64,000 bases of DNA from Nitrospinota bacterium (GTDB taxonomy: Bacteria; Nitrospinota_A; UBA7883; JACRGQ01), in NCBI GenBank assembly GCA_016217735.1, contig JACRGQ010000065.1, forward strand, positions 1,077 to 65,076. Direction: 5' to 3'. Positions 18,813-28,408 of the stretch are shown one piece after another. The position numbers and the translations under genes were made by a program. The notes under the pieces were generated by a model that saw nothing but the letters and a program-made list of their open reading frames with translations, was not told the DNA's origin and ran no database searches. The number at the start of each line of letters is the position of its first letter. The first letter of the stretch is position 1.

Positions 18813-19274
18813 TTACGAGAGATGGCCCCAGATGGTGAGGCCGATGAAGCCGAGCACCGCCGCCACCCCCAGCGCCAGCGCGATCTTCCGTTTGACGTAT
18901 TGGCGGGCCGGATTGGGGTCGATGATCGGTATGGCGAACAGCAAACCGACCGCCACCCCTTGCAGGCCGACGCCGATGACTTTCGGCGCCCACGCCCCGA
19001 TGAACATCAGCTTCTCGGCGATCTTCAGTTCCTGATACGCGGCCAGGAAGTACCATTCCGGCTTGAGGTGCTCCGGCGTGGTGAACGGGTCGGCCATTTC
19101 GTCCAGCGACGGCGGGAAGATTGTGGCGAGCGTGATGAGGATCAGGAACACCGCGATGCAGATGATGGCCTGCTCCACGACGTGGCCGGGAAAAAACCAA
19201 TGCATTTTCCCTTCGGCGACGAGCCGTTTTTTCTCCTCCATCGGGAGGTGTTTGATTTCGACTTCTTTTTTCAT
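18813..19274 (-). CDS. Cytochrome b C-terminal subunit (b6f subunit IV-like)
   Basis: PEWYFLAAY motif and 3 TM helices. Directly follows the cytochrome b6-like gene. Confidence 0.85.
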   Translation of the reverse strand: MKKEVEIKHLPMEEKKRLVAEGKMHWFFPGHVVEQAIICIAVFLILITLATIFPPSLDEMADPFTTPEHLKPEWYFLAAYQELKIAEKLMFIGAWAPKVIGVGLQGVAVGLLFAIPIIDPNPARQYVKRKIALALGVAAVLGFIGLTIWGHLS

Positions 19275-19275
19275 G

Positions 19276-19971
19276 TTACATCGGCCCCGAAATTCCCTGC
19301 CGCCGTATCTGCATGAAGTGGGCGATCAAAAGGGCGAAGGCGGCGGCGGGCAACGCCATCACATGCAGCGTGAAAAACCGGCTGAGCGTGACCTGCGAAA
19401 CGTCCGGCCCGCCCAGCATGAGGCTCTTGGTCAACGGCCCGACCACCGGCATGGCGCCCGGCGCCTCGGTGGCGATGACGGTGGCCCAGTAGGAAAGCTG
19501 CGTCCACGGCAGCAGGTAGCCGGTGAACGAAAAACCCATCGTGAGCAGGAAGAGCGCCACGCCGGTGACCCAGTTCATTTCGCGCGGGGCTTTGTAGATG
19601 CCGCCGAAGTAAATTTTGCCCATGTGGATCATCACGGTCAGCACCATCAGGTTGGATCCCCAGGAGTGGAGGCCCCGCACCGCCCAGCCGAACGGAATGT
19701 CGTTGGTGATGGCGACCACGCTATGGTGGGCGCTTTGGGTATCCGGCACATAATAGACCATCAGCAGCAGGCCGGTCATGATCTGCATCAGGAAGATGAA
19801 GAAGGTGATGCCGCCGAAGCAGGAAAAAATCCCCAGATGCGTCGGGGCCAGCTTGGTGAAGACCTCTTCGTCCAGTATCTCTTTTATTTCAAAGCGCCGT
19901 TCCAGCATTTCAAAGCCCTTAAGCAGCAGCCGGTTGCGCAACGTGATAGGCCCCAGCTTCAACTCGTCCAT
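19276..19971 (-). CDS. Cytochrome b6-like N-terminal cytochrome b subunit
   Basis: Start chosen at MDELKL. Heme-ligand contexts AVRGLHSWGSNLMVLTVMIHM and FFTLHVMALP; also the TGYLLPW motif. Confidence 0.88.
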   Translation of the reverse strand: MDELKLGPITLRNRLLLKGFEMLERRFEIKEILDEEVFTKLAPTHLGIFSCFGGITFFIFLMQIMTGLLLMVYYVPDTQSAHHSVVAITNDIPFGWAVRGLHSWGSNLMVLTVMIHMGKIYFGGIYKAPREMNWVTGVALFLLTMGFSFTGYLLPWTQLSYWATVIATEAPGAMPVVGPLTKSLMLGGPDVSQVTLSRFFTLHVMALPAAAFALLIAHFMQIRRQGISGPM

Positions 19972-19973
19972 TT

Positions 19974-20432
19974 TTAGGCCTCTTCCACGATGATGTTGCC
20001 GGCTTCTATACGCGCGTTGTAGGCGGTGAGCGGCTTGGGGGCCGGGCCGCCCAGCACGCGGCCGCTCTGATCGAATTTCGCGCCGTGACAGGGGCAGAGC
20101 ATTTGTTTGATGTCTTCGTGGTATTTCACGATGCATCCCAGGTGGGTACAGACGGCGCTGAGCGCCACAAGCTCGGTTTCGGTTTTACGGATCAGCAGGG
20201 CCGGCTTGCGCTTGAACGTGAAAAACCGCGCCTCCCCCACATGTATCTCTTTGAGTGCCACGGAATAGGTCTCTTTTTTGCCTCCCCCGTTTTTGGATTC
20301 CGGCAGCAGGTAGCGCGCAAGCGGATAGAAGACGCCCGCCGCCGCGGCAAGGGCCGATCCGATCACCGCCGATCCGACGAACGCCCGGCGCGAAACCGGC
20401 GCTTCCCGCCAGCTTTTATCCGCTTCTTCCAT
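19974..20432 (-). CDS. Rieske [2Fe-2S] subunit with Tat-like leader
   Basis: SRRAFVGSAV leader. Cluster boxes CTHLGC and CPCHGAKF. Confidence 0.92.
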   Translation of the reverse strand: MEEADKSWREAPVSRRAFVGSAVIGSALAAAAGVFYPLARYLLPESKNGGGKKETYSVALKEIHVGEARFFTFKRKPALLIRKTETELVALSAVCTHLGCIVKYHEDIKQMLCPCHGAKFDQSGRVLGGPAPKPLTAYNARIEAGNIIVEEA

Positions 20433-20441
20433 ACGGCGGGC

Positions 20442-21611
20442 CTAGCGCCCGAAGCTCCTCTCCGTGCGCGTCATCTCGACCCGCATTTCAGTGTTTTGCA
20501 GCAGCGCCGGCTGATACACATAGTCAACCCACGCGGTGACGGAAATCTCGCTGGGGGTTGCGCCGTAAAAGACGACCTGTTCTTTTCTTCTTTCGCCGGC
20601 GGCGATCCGGTTATCCTTGGCGATCACCGCCCCCAGCCCCCGCATAATGTCGCTGTCGCGGGTCAGTTCCCGTCCTTTTTTGTCGAAAATGATTTTTTCG
20701 TATACCACGCTCTTCTTCTGCGAGCGGTTGTCGGCCCCCGTAACTTGCACAAAGAGCACCAGCTTGCGGGTGGGGATGCCGGTGGGAAGGGAGTGCCCCG
20801 CCCCCGAATTTTCTATTTCAAGGTCCACCACGGTGCGGTCGTTAAACCGCTCCACATTGCCGATGTTCAACACCACGCCCTTGCGGAGCTGCACGATGGA
20901 GTGCCCCCCCGCCAACGAGTGGCTGAACACGCTTATGCGCTCCCCTTTCTGGTTTGTCGAGTTTTCCAGCGGCATATGGCACTGCTGGCAAACGGTGCCC
21001 TTGGCGGCCTGGGGGCTGTTTTTCCATTCGGACCAAGTGGCCATGATCTTCACGCCGTTGGCCTCGTATTCGTGACAGGCGGCGCAGAGGTCGGCGCTGC
21101 GGTGCAGATCGCTCTTCACGCTGGTGTGATACGCGGTCTTCCCGCTACCGCCGCGCGGCCCGGCCAGCATGGCGCCTACTTTGACGTCAAAGCGTTTCTT
21201 GCCGTTGGGATGCGTGGCGGTGATGCTGTGGCAGAAGTGGCAGGTGATCCCCTCGCGCGTTACCGCCTGTTTGAGACCTGTGTCGCCGTTGATGGCCGTG
21301 ACCGGCGCATGGCATTCCAGGCAGATTTGTTTGGCCCCGCCGTCGCTGTCCAAAAACGCCTGCATATAGGCCGCTTGGAAAACCGGGTCGGTCACCGCCT
21401 GCGCGTGCATCGAATCCTTCCATTTGCCCAGCACTTCTTTGTGGCAGGATCCGCATTCCTCGGCGCCGGACACCACCCCGGCCTTGAGGGGCGGGGGATC
21501 GCCCGCCGCGGCCGACGGCATGACCGGCAACAGCAGCGCGCATAGCGCCGCAAAAATGGCTTTGTAATATTTTGAACTCACTTCATAATTAAAGAACAGC
21601 ATGCACGACAT
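20442..21611 (-). CDS. Pentaheme c-type cytochrome
   Basis: Five CxxCH motifs: CGSCH, CLECH, CHFCH, CAACH, CQQCH. A signal peptide follows the start at 21611 (alternative start 21602). The ~180-aa C-terminus is heme-free. Confidence 0.85.
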   Translation of the reverse strand: MSCMLFFNYEVSSKYYKAIFAALCALLLPVMPSAAAGDPPPLKAGVVSGAEECGSCHKEVLGKWKDSMHAQAVTDPVFQAAYMQAFLDSDGGAKQICLECHAPVTAINGDTGLKQAVTREGITCHFCHSITATHPNGKKRFDVKVGAMLAGPRGGSGKTAYHTSVKSDLHRSADLCAACHEYEANGVKIMATWSEWKNSPQAAKGTVCQQCHMPLENSTNQKGERISVFSHSLAGGHSIVQLRKGVVLNIGNVERFNDRTVVDLEIENSGAGHSLPTGIPTRKLVLFVQVTGADNRSQKKSVVYEKIIFDKKGRELTRDSDIMRGLGAVIAKDNRIAAGERRKEQVVFYGATPSEISVTAWVDYVYQPALLQNTEMRVEMTRTERSFGR

Positions 21612-21644
21612 GTCAAACCTAATAAAAAAACGTTTAATACGGCC

Positions 21645-22541
21645 ATGAAGAAAAAAGACTATTACAAAATCCTCGGGGTGGAAAAAAACGCCCCGGCCAG
21701 CGGGATAAAAGCCGAATACCGCAAATTGGCCAAGCAGTGGCATCCGGACAAAAATCCGGGGGACAAGGCGGCCGAGGAGCGGTTCAAGGAAATCAGCGAG
21801 GCCTACGCCGTGCTGAGCGACCCCGAAAAGCGGAAGCAGTACGACATGGTTGGCAGCGAGAAATTCCACCAACAGTTCTCGCAGGAGGATATTTTCAGGG
21901 GGGGCAATCTCAACGACATTCTGCGTGAAATGGGGCTCGGGGATTTTTCCTCAGCCTTTGGCGGACGCGGCGGAGGTTTCCGCATCAACTTCGGCGAAAC
22001 CGGTTTCGGGGGGTCCGGGGGCGGTTTCGCCCAAAATCTCGACGCCGAGGCGGAGCTCGCCATCACGTTTGAAGAGGCCGCCAAGGGGGTTCAGAAAGAG
22101 CTTACCATCCAGACCGGCCCGAAGCGGGAAACGGTGAAGGTTAAAATTCCCGCCGGTATCCGCGCCGGCGAGCGCCTGCGGCTGACCGGCAAAGGGACAC
22201 AGGCGCGGGGGCGGCGCGGCGACCTCTACATTACCGTCTCCGTTGCCCCGCATCCCCTTTTCCGCCGCGAGGGGGATGACATCATAGTCCGCGCCGAGAT
22301 TGACATCTCCACCGCCCTGCTGGGGGGATCGGCCGAGGTGAACACGCTGGATGGCATCCGGTCCGTCAAAGTGCCGGCCGGCATCCAGTTGGCGCAGAAA
22401 ATCAGGGTGCGCGGCCAAGGTATCCGGCGGGCGGGCGCCGCCGCGGGCGATCTTTACGTGGAGATCGCCCTCCGTGTGCCGGCCCATCTCACCGATGAAC
22501 AGAAACGGCTGGCCGGGGAATTGCGCCACGCCGGCCTATGA
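21645..22541 (+). CDS. cbpA: DnaJ-class co-chaperone without zinc finger (CbpA-like)
   Basis: J domain DYYKILGV...WHPDKN, a G/F-rich linker, two C-terminal beta domains, no CxxCxGxG. Confidence 0.85.
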   Translation: MKKKDYYKILGVEKNAPASGIKAEYRKLAKQWHPDKNPGDKAAEERFKEISEAYAVLSDPEKRKQYDMVGSEKFHQQFSQEDIFRGGNLNDILREMGLGDFSSAFGGRGGGFRINFGETGFGGSGGGFAQNLDAEAELAITFEEAAKGVQKELTIQTGPKRETVKVKIPAGIRAGERLRLTGKGTQARGRRGDLYITVSVAPHPLFRREGDDIIVRAEIDISTALLGGSAEVNTLDGIRSVKVPAGIQLAQKIRVRGQGIRRAGAAAGDLYVEIALRVPAHLTDEQKRLAGELRHAGL

Positions 22542-22553
22542 TGGAGAAATGTT

Positions 22554-22973
22554 ATGAAACAGGTATCCGTACTGCTCCTGCTTTTGGGATTCTGCCTCCC
22601 GGTTTTGCCGGCGCGGGCGGAGGTGATTTCCATCGACACCGCCATCACCGCCTTCGAAAAGCAGATTATGCGGGACGAAGGGATTGTCTCCCGGCCCGCC
22701 AATATCACCGCCACCAAGCTGGCCCGCCAGCAGATCAGGGATGGACTGCGCGAACTTGAGTTCGTCATCACCCACTTTGAACGCCACTTCGCCGCCATTG
22801 ATCCCCAGATGATCAAGGACATGAACCGCATTTTCAAGGCGGAGGAGGCGGAGGCCGCGAATGAACGGTTTTCCCATCGCCATCTCGACAGCACCCGCAA
22901 CATGGTGGCGGCGAATCTCCCCGTGAAAAAGGCGATCCTCAAGCGCGCGCGGGATATGGTGTACGGGCGCTAG
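22554..22973 (+). CDS. Hypothetical secreted protein
   Basis: Signal peptide LLLLLGFCLPVLPARA/EV. No recognisable motif. Confidence 0.5.
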   Translation: MKQVSVLLLLLGFCLPVLPARAEVISIDTAITAFEKQIMRDEGIVSRPANITATKLARQQIRDGLRELEFVITHFERHFAAIDPQMIKDMNRIFKAEEAEAANERFSHRHLDSTRNMVAANLPVKKAILKRARDMVYGR

Positions 22974-23020
22974 TCCGCCGGAACGCCGCAATCAGCGGTT
23001 GGTGCGGCGGAATGGCGGCG

Positions 23021-23695
23021 TCACCACCAAACGGCCGGCATTCCGTTGTCCACCCACTCGAACGCCTCCATTTTTTCCGGATCCGCTTCGTTAAGCACAT
23101 CGGCGATCGTTTCGCTGAATTCGGCTTCGCCGTCAATGAGGTCCTCGTTGCGCCACTGATCCCAGTCGCGCACCGCCGAGGGGTTGCCGTCCGTCCGCGC
23201 GTCGGGATAGCCGCTCTGTCCCATCTTCCAGAGGCTGGCGAAGAGGAGCGCTTTGCCGCCGAACATGTCGACCATGTGCCGGAATATTTCGGGGCGCAGA
23301 TGCTCAACCGCCCCTTTCAGGGCTTCGTCGTAGACGGCGTCTTCCTCATCTTTTTCCATTTCCAGTTGGGCGGTGAAGCTGCCGCCGGCGATATGGGTCA
23401 CCAACGTTGGAATCATTCCCACGGCATCGGCCCAATCCGCCAAGGGGGGGTATTCCCCTTCTTTCCATGCGATATAGCAAAACTCTTGGCAAATGACCGC
23501 CAGGGTTATGAGCCGCAGCAGCGTCCGGTGCTTTTCCTCCGGCGTGGCGTAATCGGCCAGCCCGCGCCGTTCCAGCGATTTCCAGACGATGCGCGCCCAG
23601 TTGCGGTCGCTGTGGTCGTCGTAGATGTTGAAGAGCGTATCTCCCGATATCTTTTTGATGTCGTCCCAAGTGAAGGTCTTTTTTTGCGTGGTCAT
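23021..23695 (-). CDS. Hypothetical acidic cytoplasmic protein
   Basis: Start at MTTQKK, 10 nt after the queH stop, with GGAG upstream. Trp/Asp/Glu-rich, ends ...GMPAVWW. No motif recognised. Confidence 0.5.
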   Translation of the reverse strand: MTTQKKTFTWDDIKKISGDTLFNIYDDHSDRNWARIVWKSLERRGLADYATPEEKHRTLLRLITLAVICQEFCYIAWKEGEYPPLADWADAVGMIPTLVTHIAGGSFTAQLEMEKDEEDAVYDEALKGAVEHLRPEIFRHMVDMFGGKALLFASLWKMGQSGYPDARTDGNPSAVRDWDQWRNEDLIDGEAEFSETIADVLNEADPEKMEAFEWVDNGMPAVWW

Positions 23696-23705
23696 GGAGT
23701 CTCCG

Positions 23706-24281
23706 TCAAACGGCGCGGCCGTTCCGGCGGGTTTCCGCGCCGCATTTGCTGAAGATGCAGCCGCAATAATCCTGCCGCCGGAAACCAAGCTGGTTGCTGA
23801 TCCGCACCGATGCCTTGGCGCCTTCCTGTTTTTTCCAGTCCGCCGCGTCGAACAGCAGGTCATTGTGCATGGCGGCGGCTTTGTTGCCAAGCCGGTTGAT
23901 CATCTTCACATCCTTGCGCGACGATGTGGAGAGCACCGCCCCGAAGCGGCCGATGCCAAGCGCGGCGGCCAGCCGGGCCGTGGCGTCAAGCCGCCCGTCA
24001 ATGCAGAATTCGCACCGTCGCCCCTTTTCCGGTTCGTCTTGCCATGGGGCGGCTCCAGCCAGCCACTCCTCCGGGCGGTAATCGTCCACGATGAGCGGCA
24101 GCGCTTCAAGCGCCGCCAGCCGCCGCACTTCGCCCAGGCGGTTTTGGTATTCCCCTTCCGGGTGGATGTTCGGATTGTAAAAGTAGAGCGTCACTTCATA
24201 TTGTTCCCGAAGCGTCCGCAGGGGATGCGGCGAACAGGGGGCGCAACAGACGTGCAGCAGGTATTTTTCTTTGGCATCCAT
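23706..24281 (-). CDS. queH: Epoxyqueuosine reductase QueH (DUF208)
   Basis: LLHVCCAPCS N-terminal cysteine motif, CEFC, and YCGC near the C-terminus. Confidence 0.8.
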   Translation of the reverse strand: MDAKEKYLLHVCCAPCSPHPLRTLREQYEVTLYFYNPNIHPEGEYQNRLGEVRRLAALEALPLIVDDYRPEEWLAGAAPWQDEPEKGRRCEFCIDGRLDATARLAAALGIGRFGAVLSTSSRKDVKMINRLGNKAAAMHNDLLFDAADWKKQEGAKASVRISNQLGFRRQDYCGCIFSKCGAETRRNGRAV

Positions 24282-24353
24282 CCGGGGAATTATAAACGAG
24301 GAGACGGCCCAAGAAAAGGCGGTTTTCCCGCTTTATTCCGTGAATAAAGCGGG

Positions 24354-25220
24354 TTATGCGGCCTGTCCGGCGGAGTCTTTATCCCCGCCGCTTTTCTCAT
24401 TGATCGCGGCGGAGCCATCTTTCTTGTTCGTGAGGGCATCCAAAAACGCCTGCTGATAGTCCAGCATCGTCTTTTGCGCCGAGGCCATCATGCTTTGGAG
24501 ATAGGACGAAAAAGCATCGTCGAACTTTTTCACCGCTTCATCGCGGAACTTCTGGAAATCGATGCCGTCTCCGTTGGGCGGCGGGGGCGGTGGTGTGCCT
24601 GACGCGCCGGGCTGTATCTGTCCCGGCGCGGCGCCCGCGGTATCGGGGCCGCCCGCGATGGCCCCCTGCACCATATGGATGAAATCGCTCACCGAGCTTT
24701 TCAGCATCTGTTTTGCGCCGTCGAACGCCGCGCCGTCCACGCCCGTGGTTTTTGCCAGCTCGTTGAAGAGGTTATCGGCGCTTTGGGTGAAATTTTGCAA
24801 ATCCTTTTCATTGAGCGAGGAGAGTTTGCTGGCGGCCCCCACAAATTGGTTCAGCATGTCGGCCCCCAGCGATCCCATTTTTTGCGCCGTGGCGTCCAAC
24901 TGGGTGATGAATGACATGTCGAAATGGTAATCGGCCTGGAACCGTTTTTCCACGCTGGTCCGCAGTTCCTGATAGCCGTTGGCCGATTGGCGCGACACGG
25001 TGCCGCTGTAGCTTTCGGCCAGCGCGAAGTGCAAGTCCATCTGCAAGCGGCCCGCCAGCAAACCCCCCGCTTGGGATGGGCTGGCCGGCGCGGCCGCGGG
25101 GGCCGGAGTGAATGCGTTTTGCGCATCCCCGGCCCCGTTAGCAGCGGAACTTGAGGTATCGAGAACCGCCGGGGCTGGCTGGCGTTGAGCCGCCAATCCC
25201 GCAATGCCGTCAATTTTCAT
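24354..25220 (-). CDS. Hypothetical Ala/Pro/Gly-rich protein
   Basis: Low-complexity N-terminus, a PPPPPP tract, no signal peptide. Coding potential is supported only by length and codon bias. Confidence 0.4.
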   Translation of the reverse strand: MKIDGIAGLAAQRQPAPAVLDTSSSAANGAGDAQNAFTPAPAAAPASPSQAGGLLAGRLQMDLHFALAESYSGTVSRQSANGYQELRTSVEKRFQADYHFDMSFITQLDATAQKMGSLGADMLNQFVGAASKLSSLNEKDLQNFTQSADNLFNELAKTTGVDGAAFDGAKQMLKSSVSDFIHMVQGAIAGGPDTAGAAPGQIQPGASGTPPPPPPNGDGIDFQKFRDEAVKKFDDAFSSYLQSMMASAQKTMLDYQQAFLDALTNKKDGSAAINEKSGGDKDSAGQAA

Positions 25221-25311
25221 TAAAAACTCTCTCCAGTTGAATGTATCGGAAGGGGAAAATATTTCCTTGAGAGTTTTTATGCCGGGAGGCGGGCCGGGTT
25301 ATAATACGCCG

Positions 25312-26169
25312 ATGATACGCGGCATTTTGACAACGCTTGTGGCAATAACTCTTTCAGTTACATTGGTTTATGCTTCGCCCAAGACCGTTGAGACATTCAC
25401 GTCCACCGGCGAGGGGGATGTTGAGATTGTAAGGTCCGACTATATCGATGCGCGGATCAGCGCGAAAAACATGGCCACCCAGCAAGCCTTGTGGAAGGTT
25501 ATCGGGCAGCTTCTCTCCGCCCAGGAGATGTCGGAGCGCTTCGACCATATCCAGTCCGCCATCGCTGCCAAGTCGGCGGATTTTGTGCAGAAATACAAAT
25601 TCGCCGAAGAAACAATTTCGCCGGACAACAAGACCTACCATGTCGCGCTGGAAGTGGTCTTTTTCGCCGACCAGGTGCGCGGCGCGCTGGAGAACCTCGG
25701 CACCGCCGTGGCGCAGCGCAAGCGGGTGGTGATCGTGATCGACGAGCGGGCGATGGATGGGGCCTCCGACACGAATTTCCTGATGACCGGCAGCATGACG
25801 GAAGACCGTTTGCGGCAGGCGGCGGGGGACGCCGGCTACAAGGGGATGGCCCGCGCCGAAGTGCGCGCGCTGGGGAATGACCCGCAGGCGGTCAAGGCGG
25901 TGGAGGGGGATGCCGATGCCGTGCGCTGGATGGCCACGCAGCTTAAGGCCGATTATGTAATTACCGGAACCGCGCGGGCCACCGCCGGCACCGGCATGTT
26001 GGGCACCATACGGCTGAACGTCTACGCCGCCGACGGCAGCCCGGTCTGGTCCAAGGAGATCACCGAAAGCGCGCCCGGCGGCGGCGGTCCCGAACGGTTC
26101 AGGGTAATCCGCCTTTGCGCCGACAAAGCCGCCGTGATGGTCTCGGAACTCCTCGCCACCCGCAAATAA
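25312..26169 (+). CDS. Hypothetical secreted two-domain protein (distantly LPP20/FlgT-like N-terminus)
   Basis: Signal peptide ILTTLVAITLSVTLVYA/SP. DARISAKNMATQQALWKVIGQLL resembles the lipoprotein paralogs at 3704-6104. The start is uncertain (25279 or 25312). Confidence 0.5.
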   Translation: MIRGILTTLVAITLSVTLVYASPKTVETFTSTGEGDVEIVRSDYIDARISAKNMATQQALWKVIGQLLSAQEMSERFDHIQSAIAAKSADFVQKYKFAEETISPDNKTYHVALEVVFFADQVRGALENLGTAVAQRKRVVIVIDERAMDGASDTNFLMTGSMTEDRLRQAAGDAGYKGMARAEVRALGNDPQAVKAVEGDADAVRWMATQLKADYVITGTARATAGTGMLGTIRLNVYAADGSPVWSKEITESAPGGGGPERFRVIRLCADKAAVMVSELLATRK

Positions 26170-26209
26170 AATGCGCTAAAGCGTATCCCGCCAACGGAGG
26201 GGGGGAGTA

Positions 26210-26923
26210 TCAGTCTTCGTGATTGGAGCGGAGGGCGGCGATTTCGGCGGCGAGGTTTTCCACCCGGAGGCGGAGGAGGAAGAGGGCCGCGAACAGCGCG
26301 CCGAAGGCGAGCAGGCAGACGCGCAGCGTGTTCAGCATTTCGGGCGGCATGCCGGGCTCGGCCATCGACTTGATAACCACGGGGTGCATGATGCTGCCCC
26401 ACATTTTTATGGCGAAGTGGACGACCGGCACGTCGAGGAACCCGACGATGCCGAAGACCGCCGCGTAGCGCGCGCGGGTCATCTGGTTATCTATCGTGCT
26501 CCGCAGGATAAGGTAGCCGGCGTAGATGATGAGCAGTATCAGCGCGGTGGTAAGCCGCGGCTCCCATATCCACCACGCGCCCCAGCGCTGCTTGCCCCAT
26601 ATCATGCCGGTGATGAGCATGAGGCCGCAGAAGAGCACGCCCAGTTCCGCGCCCACCTTCGCCACCCGGTCGAAGAGCATCTCCTTTTTCCAAAGGAAAA
26701 GGAAGCTGCCCGCGAAGGTGACGAAGAAGCCGAGGTAGGCCATGATGGCGGTCGGCACGTGGAAATAGACGATGCGGTAGACGGCGGTCTCCCCCATCGC
26801 TTCCGGCGACCAGACGAGGGCGAGGTACGCCCCCGCGATGATGAGCGCCGCCGCCGCGCCAATGCCGCCATACCGCACCAGGGCGGTATCAGTCAGCTTT
26901 AGCGCTTTTTCTAAGAGCTTCAA
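26210..26923 (-). CDS. ccmC: Heme exporter protein CcmC
   Basis: WWD-type motif WGAWWIWEPRLTT, 6 TM helices, TTG start at 26923. Confidence 0.88.
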   Translation of the reverse strand: MKLLEKALKLTDTALVRYGGIGAAAALIIAGAYLALVWSPEAMGETAVYRIVYFHVPTAIMAYLGFFVTFAGSFLFLWKKEMLFDRVAKVGAELGVLFCGLMLITGMIWGKQRWGAWWIWEPRLTTALILLIIYAGYLILRSTIDNQMTRARYAAVFGIVGFLDVPVVHFAIKMWGSIMHPVVIKSMAEPGMPPEMLNTLRVCLLAFGALFAALFLLRLRVENLAAEIAALRSNHED

Positions 26924-27020
26924 GTTCTTCGCCCAGTCTGGCGGTCTTCCGGTCGATCAGGAAGACATAGCCGAACAGCGCCAGCCAGATGATTCCGTAA
27001 GCGGCAAATAGGTAGTTCAT
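26889..27020 (-). CDS. ccmD: CcmD-family small membrane protein (43 aa, not in the ORF track)
   Basis: Hand translation: MNYLFAAYGIIWLALFGYVFLIDRKTARLGEELEALRKSAKAD. ATGA overlap with the ccmB stop. Single TM with the AY..W motif typical of short CcmD. Confidence 0.55.
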   Translation of the reverse strand: MNYLFAAYGIIWLALFGYVFLIDRKTARLGEELEALRKSAKAD

Positions 27021-27700
27021 AGTTCGTCCATGATATATTCAAAAACCAGCGCCGACACAACAAAAAATATCACGTCATAGGCGGCCAGCAGTTTCAGGCG
27101 GCCCATATAGGTCTCCGGATCGCCGTCCGTCAGCAGCGCGGCGGTGGCGCTGGCGGCGAAAATCAACAGCGGCACCAGCAACGGCAGCAGCAACACCGGC
27201 AGCAGGATTTCCCGCGCTTTCAGGTTCACCGACATGGCGGCGATCAGCGTGCCGAGCGTCATGAAGCCGATGTCCCCCAAAAGGAAGACCGTGGTTTGCA
27301 GCGTGAAGTGCTCCATCACGTTGAGGTTGTACAGCACGATGAAGACCGGGATGGTCATTATCTGGATGACGGCGAGGAAGAAGAGGTTTCCCAAAAATTT
27401 GGCGATGAAGATGGCGGTGCGGTCGACGGGTGAGAGGCCCAGCCCCTGGATGCAGTCGTTCTCCTTTTCGATGAGGAACGAGCGGCCCAGGCCGAGCGTG
27501 CCGGCGAAGAGGAAGGCTATCCAGAGGATGCCGGACGCCAGCTCCGGCGTGTTTTGCGGGTTGATCTTGAAGGCGAAGTTGAAGATGACGATCACCAGCA
27601 GGGCGAACATGAAGGTGTGGCCGAGGAACTCGCGCGAGCGGAATTCCGTTTTCATATCCTTGAGCAGGATGGCGTGGGCGGTGCGCAGTATCTCGTTCAT
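27017..27700 (-). CDS. ccmB: Heme exporter protein CcmB
   Basis: 227 aa with 6 TM helices, located between ccmA and ccmC/D. The FLIEKENDCIQGL region is typical of CcmB. Confidence 0.8.
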   Translation of the reverse strand: MNEILRTAHAILLKDMKTEFRSREFLGHTFMFALLVIVIFNFAFKINPQNTPELASGILWIAFLFAGTLGLGRSFLIEKENDCIQGLGLSPVDRTAIFIAKFLGNLFFLAVIQIMTIPVFIVLYNLNVMEHFTLQTTVFLLGDIGFMTLGTLIAAMSVNLKAREILLPVLLLPLLVPLLIFAASATAALLTDGDPETYMGRLKLLAAYDVIFFVVSALVFEYIMDEL

Positions 27701-28401
27701 GCGCCCACCTTTTCAAGATAGATTTTCAGGAACGTGTCCGCACTCATGCCGTTCACCGGCTCGTCATGAACCTTGCGCCCCCCCTTGAGTATCATGGCGC
27801 GGGTGGCGGCGGCGATGCCCAGTGGGATGTCGTGCGTTATCATCAGCACCGTTTTTTTGCGGCGGTGCAGGCCGGAGAGGAGCTTTTGGAACATCACGGC
27901 GCTGTGGTGATCCAGCCCGGTGAACGGCTCGTCGAGGAAGATGAAGGCGGGGTCGGCCACCAGCGCGCGGGCGATGGAAAGGCGCTGTATCATGCCGCGG
28001 CTGAAATTGCGGACGAGGTCGTTTTTCCGGGTATCCAGTTCCACGCTTTCCAGCAGTTCCGCCGCGCGCGCCTCCCTGTTTTCCATGCCGTACATCTCGG
28101 CGTAAAAAACGAGGTTCTCGAACGCGGTGAGGTTGTCGTAGAGGTAGCTCTTGTGGCTGATGACGCCGATCCGCTTGCGCACTTCGGGGTGGTGCGCGTC
28201 CGACTCGCCCACGGTGGCGCCGCCGGAGGTGGGGCGGGTGATGCCGCAGAGAATTTTCAGCAGCGTGGTTTTCCCCGCGCCGTTGGGGCCGAAAATGGTT
28301 AAAAAGTCCCCTTCGTTGACGGCGAGGTCCACGCCGCGCAGCGCGACGAAGTCGCCATATTTTTTCCCCACCTTCCGGCAGAGTATTTGTTGTTCCGTCA
28401 T
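27697..28401 (-). CDS. ccmA: Heme ABC exporter ATP-binding protein CcmA
   Basis: Walker A GPNGAGKTTLLK, signature FSRGMIQRLSIA, Walker B FIFLDEP. 4-nt overlap with ccmB. Confidence 0.88.
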   Translation of the reverse strand: MTEQQILCRKVGKKYGDFVALRGVDLAVNEGDFLTIFGPNGAGKTTLLKILCGITRPTSGGATVGESDAHHPEVRKRIGVISHKSYLYDNLTAFENLVFYAEMYGMENREARAAELLESVELDTRKNDLVRNFSRGMIQRLSIARALVADPAFIFLDEPFTGLDHHSAVMFQKLLSGLHRRKKTVLMITHDIPLGIAAATRAMILKGGRKVHDEPVNGMSADTFLKIYLEKVGA

Positions 28402-28408
28402 CGGCTTA

